A DNA stretch of 64,000 bases from a bacterium (GTDB lineage: Bacteria; Zhuqueibacterota; Zhuqueibacteria; Residuimicrobiales; Krinioviventaceae). The DNA lies in contig CAXXMD010000003.1 of the NCBI GenBank assembly GCA_963675755.2, positions 2,144,001 to 2,208,000 of the forward strand. The letters are read 5' to 3'. The position numbers and the translations under genes were made by a program. Shown here one piece after another: positions 7,586 to 15,536 of the stretch (the first letter of the stretch is position 1; the number at the start of each line of letters is the position of its first letter). Under the pieces are notes generated by a model. It worked only from the letters and a program-made list of their open reading frames with translations, was not told where the DNA came from and made no database searches.

Positions 7586-10546
7586 ATGAGAGCAAAATCG
7601 CTTGCCCTTTTAACGCTAATTGTTACAGTTGCTCTTTGCGGTGTTTTATTTGCAAATACCGTAGAGTTTTATGATCAGGTAAATTATAAAGGTGCTTTTG
7701 GTTCTTCCAACTGGATGAAAGGTTGGACCGCAATGGATTCTTATGGATTCCTGGCGGCAGATAAAGAACCCACTACAGAAGTAACGATTACAGATGCCAG
7801 TCTGGTTGGTGGTGAAGATTATTACTGGACTGCGGATAATATTTATGTGTTGGATGGTCTTGTATATCTTGAAGCTGGTGGTGTATTGAATATTGAAGCT
7901 GGTACTATTATTAAAGCTAAAAGCGAATCAGGTGAGAATACCAGCGCGCTGGTAATTTGTAATGGCGCCCAGATATTTGCTGAAGGTACAGCCTCAAAAC
8001 CCATCATCTTTACTTCTATCAATGATGATGTTTCAGATCCTTATGATCTGGATTTCAATACCCGCGGTGAATGGGGTGGTTTAATTATCATTGGTAATGC
8101 TACTACAAATGAAGGCGAGAATTTCTATATTGAAGGTATTTCAGAACAATCTGAACGTACTTTGGTTGGCGGTGATGATGATGATGACAACTCTGGTGTT
8201 TTGCGCTACGTTTCAATCCGTCATGGTGGTACCGAATTGGCACCCGGTGATGAGATCAATGGTTTGACCCTGGGTTCAGTGGGTCGCGGAACAACCATCG
8301 AGTATATTGAAGTTTTTGCTAATAAAGATGATGGTTTTGAATGGTTTGGTGGTACTGTTAACTGTTCTCATTTGATTGCTGCATATTGTGGTGATGATGC
8401 TTTTGATCATGATCAGGGCTTGCGCACCAAAATGCAGTTCCTGTTTGCAATTCAAGACTCTGCTTCAGCAGGTCACCTTGGCGAACATGACGGCGGACAC
8501 AAACCGGAAGATGGAACTCCTTATGCATATCCTCAGGTTTTTAATGCAACATTGATTGGTCCGGGAATGGAATCTTCTCAAACAGATGCAGCTTTTAACC
8601 TGCGTGACAACTGGGGTGGCGCTTACAAAAACTCTATCATTGGCGATTGTGCGGGAATTGCGATGACTGTTGAAGATCTTGAAGATGAAACCAAGCAAGA
8701 TAGTAAAAACCGTTTAGATGCCGGCGAAATTGTATTCCAGAACAATCTGTGGTTTGATTTAGCAGGAGGCACTACCTGGGCGGAATTGAGCGGTAGTGAT
8801 GCTGTAGCAGCAATGCTGGGTGACGCTGGTAACGCAAATGAATTGTTGAATGCTTCTCCATTAACAAGCATAAGCCGTTTACAGGACAATGGTCTTGATC
8901 CTCGTCCTGCTGCAGGTGGTGTTGCTTATGAAGACCTTGCAGAAATTCCTAATGACGGTTTCTTTGAACAAGTGAATTATAAAGGCGCTTTTGGTCAGAC
9001 CAACTGGGCAAAAGGCTGGACAGCTTTGGATGAATATGGCTTCTTTACTGAAGATAAAGTACCCACGACTGAAGTAAATGTAGTTGATGGTGATATTAAT
9101 GCAGGAGATAAAGTTTTCTGGACTGCTGACAATATCTATGTATTGGACGGTTTGGTATATGTTGAATCTGGTGCTGAATTGAATATTGAAGCCGGTACTG
9201 TTATTAAAGCCAAATCTGAATCCGGTGAAAATACGAGCGCACTGGTTATAACAAATGGCGCAAAGATTTATGCCGAAGGTACTGGTGTTAACCCAATCAT
9301 ATTCACCTCTGTTAATGACGATGTTACCGATCCTTATGATCTGGATTTTAATACCCGCGGTGAATGGGGTGGTTTGATTCTGATTGGTAATGCAACTACA
9401 AATGAAGGCGAAAATTTCTACATTGAAGGTATTTCTGAACAATCTGAGCGTACCCTGGTTGGTGGTGATGATGATCATGACAGCTCTGGACTTTTAAGAT
9501 ATATCTCGATCCGTCATGGTGGTACCGAGTTGGCCCCTGGTGATGAGATCAATGGTTTGACTTTGGGTTCTGTTGGTGATGGTACAACAATTGACCATAT
9601 TGAAGTATTTGCAAACAAAGACGACGGTTACGAATGGTTTGGCGGAACCGTTAGCAATTCTCACCTCATCTCTGCATTCTGTGGTGATGATGCTTTTGAT
9701 CACGATCAGGGTTTACGTACCAAAATGCAATTCCTGTTCGCAATTCAAGACTCTGCTTCTGCAGGTCACCTCGGTGAACATGATGGAGGTCACAAGCCAG
9801 AAGATGGAACTCCGTTTGCTTTTCCTGAAATTTATAACGCAACTTTGATTGGTCCCGGAATGGAATCTTCTCAAACAGATGCAGCTTTTAATTTGCGTGA
9901 CAACTGGGGTGGAGCTTATAAAAACTCTATCATTGGTGACTGTGCCGGTATTGCAATGACTGTTGAAGATCTTGAAGATGAAACCAAACAAGACAGCAAA
10001 AACCGTTTGGATGCTGGTGAAATCGTATTCCAGAACAACTTGTGGTTCGATTTTGCTGGTGGAAATGGCTGGGCTGAATTAAGCGGCAGCGACGCTGTAG
10101 CTGCAATGTTGAGTGACGCAGCAAATTCAAATGAATTTTTAGCAAGCTCTCCATTGACAAGTATCAGTCGTATGCAGGACAATGGTCTTGATCCTCGTCC
10201 CGAAGCGGGTGGTGTTGCATATGATGGTTTGGCTGAAATCATTGAAACTTTAATCTATGAATCTTATCAGGTTGCTCGTCCGGTTGATTACACTCTGTCA
10301 CAGAATTATCCCAATCCGTTCAACCCCAGTACAAATATTGAATATACTGTAAAACAGACTGCAAATGTTAACATTACCGTATTCAATCAACTGGGTCAAC
10401 AAGTTGCAACATTGGTAAACGGTGTTAAAACTGCCGGTAATTATACAATCACCTGGGATGCTTCTTACCTTACGAGCGGTGTTTACTTTTACCGTATGGA
10501 AGCTGGCAGCAATGTACATGTTAAAAAGATGATTCTTGTAAAATAA
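7586..10546 (+). CDS. Secreted acidic protein with two tandem 431-aa modules (predicted beta-helix) and a C-terminal secretion/sorting domain (T9SS type A / FlgD-Ig-like)
   Basis: Signal peptide; duplicated motifs GEWGGL, SGxLRYxSIRHGG, EINGLTLG and DDGFEWFGG; C-terminal LSQNYPNPFNPST...SGVYFYR...KKMILVK. Confidence 0.85.
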   Translation: MRAKSLALLTLIVTVALCGVLFANTVEFYDQVNYKGAFGSSNWMKGWTAMDSYGFLAADKEPTTEVTITDASLVGGEDYYWTADNIYVLDGLVYLEAGGVLNIEAGTIIKAKSESGENTSALVICNGAQIFAEGTASKPIIFTSINDDVSDPYDLDFNTRGEWGGLIIIGNATTNEGENFYIEGISEQSERTLVGGDDDDDNSGVLRYVSIRHGGTELAPGDEINGLTLGSVGRGTTIEYIEVFANKDDGFEWFGGTVNCSHLIAAYCGDDAFDHDQGLRTKMQFLFAIQDSASAGHLGEHDGGHKPEDGTPYAYPQVFNATLIGPGMESSQTDAAFNLRDNWGGAYKNSIIGDCAGIAMTVEDLEDETKQDSKNRLDAGEIVFQNNLWFDLAGGTTWAELSGSDAVAAMLGDAGNANELLNASPLTSISRLQDNGLDPRPAAGGVAYEDLAEIPNDGFFEQVNYKGAFGQTNWAKGWTALDEYGFFTEDKVPTTEVNVVDGDINAGDKVFWTADNIYVLDGLVYVESGAELNIEAGTVIKAKSESGENTSALVITNGAKIYAEGTGVNPIIFTSVNDDVTDPYDLDFNTRGEWGGLILIGNATTNEGENFYIEGISEQSERTLVGGDDDHDSSGLLRYISIRHGGTELAPGDEINGLTLGSVGDGTTIDHIEVFANKDDGYEWFGGTVSNSHLISAFCGDDAFDHDQGLRTKMQFLFAIQDSASAGHLGEHDGGHKPEDGTPFAFPEIYNATLIGPGMESSQTDAAFNLRDNWGGAYKNSIIGDCAGIAMTVEDLEDETKQDSKNRLDAGEIVFQNNLWFDFAGGNGWAELSGSDAVAAMLSDAANSNEFLASSPLTSISRMQDNGLDPRPEAGGVAYDGLAEIIETLIYESYQVARPVDYTLSQNYPNPFNPSTNIEYTVKQTANVNITVFNQLGQQVATLVNGVKTAGNYTITWDASYLTSGVYFYRMEAGSNVHVKKMILVK
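7667..10240 (+). repeat. Intragenic tandem duplication, period 1293 nt (7667-8947 and 8960-10240)
   Basis: The two copies are colinear without gaps and nearly identical as protein, but differ at many synonymous positions. Confidence 0.95.
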
Positions 10547-10565
10547 ATAAATGTTATGTGAAAGA

Positions 10566-10590
10566 GGGTCTGTAACCAGGTTACAGACCC
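10566..10590. repeat. Perfect 12-bp inverted repeat in the 3'-UTR
   Basis: GGGTCTGTAACC-A-GGTTACAGACCC. Confidence 0.85.
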
Positions 10591-10623
10591 GGTATATACT
10601 ATATTAATCAGAGTTACACCCAG

Positions 10624-10683
10624 AACCCTGCTGTCCACTGGTTTCTGCCAAAACCACCTCAATAACAGCAGGGTTTATTTTTT
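10624..10683 (+). terminator. Large-loop terminator and candidate 3'-UTR-derived regulatory RNA
   Basis: 11-bp stem AACCCTGCTGT/ACAGCAGGGTT encloses 30 nt and is followed by TATTTTTT. The enclosed region is complementary to 4570-4580 and 4588-4595. Confidence 0.65.
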
Positions 10684-10695
10684 ACCCGCCCATAT

Positions 10696-10749
10696 TTTAC
10701 CATTTCTTAACATATCCTTTATGTCTGAATAATTTAACATTTGTACAAT
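10696..10749 (+). promoter_or_regulatory. Putative Pho box plus -10 element of the lipid-remodelling operon
   Basis: TTTACC(10696)-TTAACA(10707)-TTTATG(10718); TACAAT at 10744, the same 48-nt offset as 4503/4551. Confidence 0.75.
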
Positions 10750-10786
10750 TAAATGTAAAACGAATGTAAATTGTCAGGTAAAGCTG

Positions 10787-11314
10787 ATGGTCAAAATCAT
10801 AATCAATAATGTTGCAGCCTGGGACAGTGCCGTGTCTATCCGGATATTCAGGCTTTCCGGTAGAAAAATAATGGATACCATCATGTATTGGAGCTCACGC
10901 ATAGGTGATGGTTATATTTATGCGGTAATTGCAATTTTCTTGTTTATTTTTGATCTATCTATTGCTCCCAGGTTTTTACTGGCTGGTGTATTGTCGTTCA
11001 TCCTGGAAGTGTCAATACAAGTGTTGTTGAAAAATAAATTTAAACGAAAAAGACCATTTGATAAACTTTTACAAATAAAATTTCTTGTAAAACCTCCTGA
11101 TAAATTCAGTTTTCCCTCTGGTCATACGGCTGCCGCATTTTTGATGGCTGTTTTAATTAGTCATTTTTATCCGGTATTGACCATTCCCGTATTTCTTTTT
11201 GCTTCTGTTATTGGTTTTTCACGGATCTATAATGGTCTGCATTTTCCTTCTGATGTTCTTGCAGGCTTGATTTTAGGCGTTTCTTGTGCACAATTTGGAC
11301 TATTAATAATTTAG
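10787..11314 (+). CDS. PAP2-family membrane lipid phosphatase
   Basis: KxxxxxxRP (KNKFKRKRP), SFPSGH and SRIYNGLHFPSD motifs; TM helices. Confidence 0.92.
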   Translation: MVKIIINNVAAWDSAVSIRIFRLSGRKIMDTIMYWSSRIGDGYIYAVIAIFLFIFDLSIAPRFLLAGVLSFILEVSIQVLLKNKFKRKRPFDKLLQIKFLVKPPDKFSFPSGHTAAAFLMAVLISHFYPVLTIPVFLFASVIGFSRIYNGLHFPSDVLAGLILGVSCAQFGLLII

Positions 11315-11323
11315 GGTGATGTC

Positions 11324-12478
11324 ATGAATCTTGCAATTTTTACAGAGAGCTTGCCGCCAAATACAGACGGCGTACAAAAAACCATGTCTTTTCTGGCGGA
11401 TTCTTTACTTGAACAGGAAGTTAATTTCAAGTTTTTTTCACCGGTTAAACCGGAATCCGGTTATGATTGGGTTGATCGTGTAAAAAAAGTCAGTTCTGTG
11501 CCCCTTGCATTGTATAAAGAGTACAAAATTGGTGTGCCCTATTTTGACAATCTTGAATATGATCTGGATTTTTTAAATCCGGATCTGGTCCATATTGCAG
11601 CCCCCAGTTTGATGGGATTGTGGGCGCTGCATTACGCGAAACGAAACAATATTCCTGTTGTATCCAGCTACCATACCCATTGGGTGCATTATTTCCCCTA
11701 TTTTGGGATTGGTGGACTGGAAAGTTATGGCTGGGCCTTTTTAAAGTGGTTCCATAGCAAATGCCTTAAAAATTACACTCCTACTCCTTCAGCGATTGCA
11801 GAACTGGAAAAACATGGTATTCCCAATGCGGAACTCTGGCAGCGTGGAATTGAGTTGGATAAATTTTCTCCACGTCTTCGCAGTACCCAATTGCGTCAGT
11901 CAATCGGTGCGGATAATAAACCGATTTTGTTGTTTGTTGGTCGATTGATCAACCACAAAGATCTGGATGATCTGGTTGATGCTCATAATATACTTAAAAA
12001 AAAATATGATTATCAGATAGTGATTGTTGGTGACGGTCCCATGCGCCAGGAATTGGAAGAAAAAATGCCGGATGCCCACTATACCGGTTATTTAAAAGGT
12101 AAGCCGCTTTACGAATGGTATGCTTCTGCCGATCTGTTTGTTTTTCCTTCGACTACAGAAACTTTTGGAAACGTGATTTTAGAGTCTTTTGCTTCAGGTA
12201 TACCGGCGGTGGGTGTTGCCAAGGGTGGCGTTGGTGATGTGATAAACCACGGGTATGACGGTTTCCTCGCAAAACCAAATGATCCTGTTGATTTTGCAGC
12301 GCATATAGAAAAATTTCTTGCTGATCCGGTATTACTCAAAACATTGGGTGGGCAGGGAAGAGAGACCGCTAAAAAATACAGTTGGTCTGCTATCAATTCG
12401 AGACTGATAGCCAGTTATAAATCTGTGATTGAAGGGGAGCAGATCAAGAAACCATTTATTTACAGCAAAGCCAGTTAG
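11324..12478 (+). CDS. GT4 glycosyltransferase, likely a diacylglycerol glycosyltransferase (Agt/MgtA/PimB-like)
   Basis: SSYHTH, WQRGIE, FVGRL, VGDGP and FPSTTETFGNVILESFASG motifs. Confidence 0.88.
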   Translation: MNLAIFTESLPPNTDGVQKTMSFLADSLLEQEVNFKFFSPVKPESGYDWVDRVKKVSSVPLALYKEYKIGVPYFDNLEYDLDFLNPDLVHIAAPSLMGLWALHYAKRNNIPVVSSYHTHWVHYFPYFGIGGLESYGWAFLKWFHSKCLKNYTPTPSAIAELEKHGIPNAELWQRGIELDKFSPRLRSTQLRQSIGADNKPILLFVGRLINHKDLDDLVDAHNILKKKYDYQIVIVGDGPMRQELEEKMPDAHYTGYLKGKPLYEWYASADLFVFPSTTETFGNVILESFASGIPAVGVAKGGVGDVINHGYDGFLAKPNDPVDFAAHIEKFLADPVLLKTLGGQGRETAKKYSWSAINSRLIASYKSVIEGEQIKKPFIYSKAS

Positions 12479-12485
12479 TCGTTTT

Positions 12486-14354
12486 ATGAATCAGAAATAT
12501 TCTTCAATAGATTTACATGTACACACCTGTTTTTCTGAAAATGCAGGTGACTGGCTTTTAAAGACAATTGGAGCAAACGAATCTTATACGACTCCCCAAC
12601 AAGTATATCAAATAGCAAAATCCCGGGGGATGGATTTTGTAACCATATCTGATCATGATACCATTGATGGCGCGCTTGAAATAGCCCACTATGATGATTT
12701 TTTCATTAGTGAAGAAGTAACTACATTTTTCCCGGAAGATAATGCCAAGGTGCATGTGGTTTGTCTGGATATTAATGAGAACATACATCGGGAAATACAG
12801 CACCTCCGTTATAATATTTATGAACTGGTGCAATATCTTTATTTACAAAATATCATCCATTTTATTGCTCACCCTTTTTTCAAAATGGGACGTACCCTGA
12901 CAATGGAGCATTTTGAGAAAATGCTGCTGTTGTTTCAGGTTTTTGAAACCAAGAATGGCGGCAAGCAACTGGTTCCCGATAAACTCTTGAAAAAGATTTT
13001 AAAGGGTTTGACCATTGAGGATATTGACCGACTTGCAATGAAGCACGGTATTGATCCCATAGGACTTGAGCCCTGGACAAAAAGTATGGTTGCAGGTTCC
13101 GATGATCATGGAGGTATATTAATTACTTGTCCCCACACCGTATGCCAGTTTTCTGAAAATAAATATGAACTGCTTGAAAATATTCGAACCGGTAATTGCA
13201 GGGCCCATGGATATGGCGGCAGTATGTTATCGGTTGCGCACCAGGTTATGGCTGTTTCTTATAAACATGCCAAACATCAAAATATACCTATTCCCCATCT
13301 CAATTCTCAAGTGACACAAACAATACTTGACAATATGTTTGAAAAAGTCCAAAACAATAGAATTGCAGATTTAACAACAGGATTTCTGTTCAGCCTGGCC
13401 AAATTTCCCGGATTGAGGTCATTGTTTGTTCCGGAAATAGTTGAGGGACCTAAACAAGCTTTTCAATATGAAGCCATTTATAATAAAAGATTTCAAAGGT
13501 TTTTAACAGGGAATGCGCACTTTGACGCATTGCAAAATAAACAGTTTTTCAAAAGCATGTGCAGGATAACGCATACAAGTATTGTCGGTATTGTTGAAGA
13601 AATTACATCTCCCCGGAACAATGCCGGCGTACTGGAAAAGTTGTCATTGATCAAACCGTTGCTGTCTTTGCTGCCAGTAATTGTTCCTTATGCTATTGCA
13701 GCACGAACAGAATATCAAGACCGTCATCTTATGCGTCAGGCTGCAAATACGTTTACACAAAACGGCAGGTTTTACAGAGGCCAGATTGCTGTTTTTAGCG
13801 AGGGTACGTATGCTCGCTCCTGTAATCATCGTCTTTCATTACGTTTGTTGGGTCAGGAAACCATATCTCGTCAACCTATGTACATGGGAATTGCTGAACG
13901 GTTCTGCAAAGATAAAAATGTTATTATTTATAAAATGATAACCAGTATAACATTAAATCCTGAAAAAAATATCCGTATCAAATTACCACCGTTTCTTAAA
14001 GTTTTGTATGATTTGGTAAACAAAGACTATGAAATGATCTATATTTCATCATTTGGAAGTATGGCAATAACCGGAACATTGATTGGAAGGTTGTTAAATA
14101 TTCCGGTTGCTGCCAGGTTTCCACACCGTCAGGTGATGAAATGGCTGGACAGTATTAAAGATCGAAACAAGTACAAGATTGTTCAATATTGTATTCGATT
14201 GTTTTACAATCAAATGCAAGAGATCCAGGTTAGTGGACAGGCAGGGTATGATTTGCTAATATCTTTAAATATTAAACCAGAAAAGATTACCCGAACCACC
14301 CGTAAATCTGTATCCGGGATTCAATCTTCTGTTTCCGGTCCCCAGGTTTATTAA
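12486..14354 (+). CDS. PHP-domain metallophosphoesterase fused to a degenerate glycosyltransferase N-terminal half
   Basis: PHP motifs DLHVHT, TISDHD, IAHP and GSDDHG. The C-terminus resembles a GT4 N-terminal Rossmann fold but has no ETFG motif. ATG 12486 chosen over the overlapping TTG at 12429. Confidence 0.75.
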   Translation: MNQKYSSIDLHVHTCFSENAGDWLLKTIGANESYTTPQQVYQIAKSRGMDFVTISDHDTIDGALEIAHYDDFFISEEVTTFFPEDNAKVHVVCLDINENIHREIQHLRYNIYELVQYLYLQNIIHFIAHPFFKMGRTLTMEHFEKMLLLFQVFETKNGGKQLVPDKLLKKILKGLTIEDIDRLAMKHGIDPIGLEPWTKSMVAGSDDHGGILITCPHTVCQFSENKYELLENIRTGNCRAHGYGGSMLSVAHQVMAVSYKHAKHQNIPIPHLNSQVTQTILDNMFEKVQNNRIADLTTGFLFSLAKFPGLRSLFVPEIVEGPKQAFQYEAIYNKRFQRFLTGNAHFDALQNKQFFKSMCRITHTSIVGIVEEITSPRNNAGVLEKLSLIKPLLSLLPVIVPYAIAARTEYQDRHLMRQAANTFTQNGRFYRGQIAVFSEGTYARSCNHRLSLRLLGQETISRQPMYMGIAERFCKDKNVIIYKMITSITLNPEKNIRIKLPPFLKVLYDLVNKDYEMIYISSFGSMAITGTLIGRLLNIPVAARFPHRQVMKWLDSIKDRNKYKIVQYCIRLFYNQMQEIQVSGQAGYDLLISLNIKPEKITRTTRKSVSGIQSSVSGPQVY

Positions 14355-14381
14355 ATCCTGATATGGAGAACATATAAGTAT

Positions 14382-15536
14382 ATGAAGATTTGTGATCTAA
14401 CACAGGCTTATACCCCCAAGAGCGGTGGGATTCGAACCTATATTCATGAAAAACGTAAATATATTCAAAACCATACAAGAGATGAACATTTACTTGTTAT
14501 TCCCGGAAAAGATGACAGTATTATCCGGGAAGGTCGATTTACAACCATAACCATAAAGGCACCTCACATCCCCAAATGTGAACCCTATCGATATACATTT
14601 CGTTTGGACAAGGTTTATTCAATTCTTAAAGCTGAACGACCGGATGTCATCGAGATCGGCAGTCCTTATTTAATGCCGTACCCGGCAATGTTATACAGAC
14701 GTAACTATCCCTGTTCTATTATTGGATTTTATCATACGGATTTTCCTACTGCATATTCAGAACAGGAAGTAGCAAAAATTGCTGGTAAAGGGTGGGGGAG
14801 TGTAGCAAAACATTTAAGCGAATGGTACGCACACAAGATATACAACTGTTTTGATTATACGGCAACAGCGTCTGACCTTTTGAAAAGAAAATTGTTGAAT
14901 ATGGGAATCAAGCGAATTGCCAAGATCCCTTTAGGTGTAGACGCAGATATCTTTCATCCTTCTCGTCGTACCGGCACCATCAGACAGCGATTTGGCCTGG
15001 AAGATAAAATTGTTTTGATTTATGCGGGCAGACTGGATTCTGAAAAAAGAATTGATGTGATTTTGAATGCATTTGAAAAGAGTTTTAATAAATTCAATGG
15101 CGCATTAATGATAGTGGGGCAAGGCCCTCTTGAACCCCTGGTGATGGATTATGCAGCCAAACATCCGGATATTCATTATATACCCTATGTACACAATAAA
15201 AATGAACTTGCCGAGATACTTGCTTCCGCGGATGTATATGTAACCGCCGGACCGCATGAAACCTTTGGGCTTTCTATTATTGAAGCACAGGCAAGCGGTC
15301 TGCCGGTGTTGGGTGTAAATGCAGGGGCATTGCAGGAACGTGTTAATCCATCAGTGGGGGTGTTGGTAGAACCCGGCTCGGTTACAGAGATGGCAAACAC
15401 CATGTTTGAACTCTCAACAAATGGATTCAGAGAAAAAGGCAGAAACGCGCGAAAATGGGTAGAGCAGGAATTCTCCTGGTATAAAACGTTCAGTAAAATG
15501 TATAGATTATATGAAATTTCCGTCAATAAAAATTAA
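14382..15536 (+). CDS. GT4 glycosyltransferase
   Basis: SGGIRTY, FYHTDF, YAGRLDSEK and ETFGLSIIEAQASG motifs. Confidence 0.9.
   Translation: MKICDLTQAYTPKSGGIRTYIHEKRKYIQNHTRDEHLLVIPGKDDSIIREGRFTTITIKAPHIPKCEPYRYTFRLDKVYSILKAERPDVIEIGSPYLMPYPAMLYRRNYPCSIIGFYHTDFPTAYSEQEVAKIAGKGWGSVAKHLSEWYAHKIYNCFDYTATASDLLKRKLLNMGIKRIAKIPLGVDADIFHPSRRTGTIRQRFGLEDKIVLIYAGRLDSEKRIDVILNAFEKSFNKFNGALMIVGQGPLEPLVMDYAAKHPDIHYIPYVHNKNELAEILASADVYVTAGPHETFGLSIIEAQASGLPVLGVNAGALQERVNPSVGVLVEPGSVTEMANTMFELSTNGFREKGRNARKWVEQEFSWYKTFSKMYRLYEISVNKN

Noticed and set aside
8465-10519. Duplicated minus-strand ORFs resembling one another
   Set aside because: They mirror the 1293-nt coding duplication on the plus strand.
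10551-10607. 18-codon ORF MLCERGSVTRLQTRYILY after the repeat protein
   Set aside because: No RBS and it runs through the palindrome; no coding evidence.
12429-12485. ORF-track N-terminal extensions (also at 17439, 25301, 27266, 48481, 51513, 53980)
   Set aside because: Most overlap neighbouring genes; downstream ATGs give proper signal peptides, RBSs or stop-start coupling.
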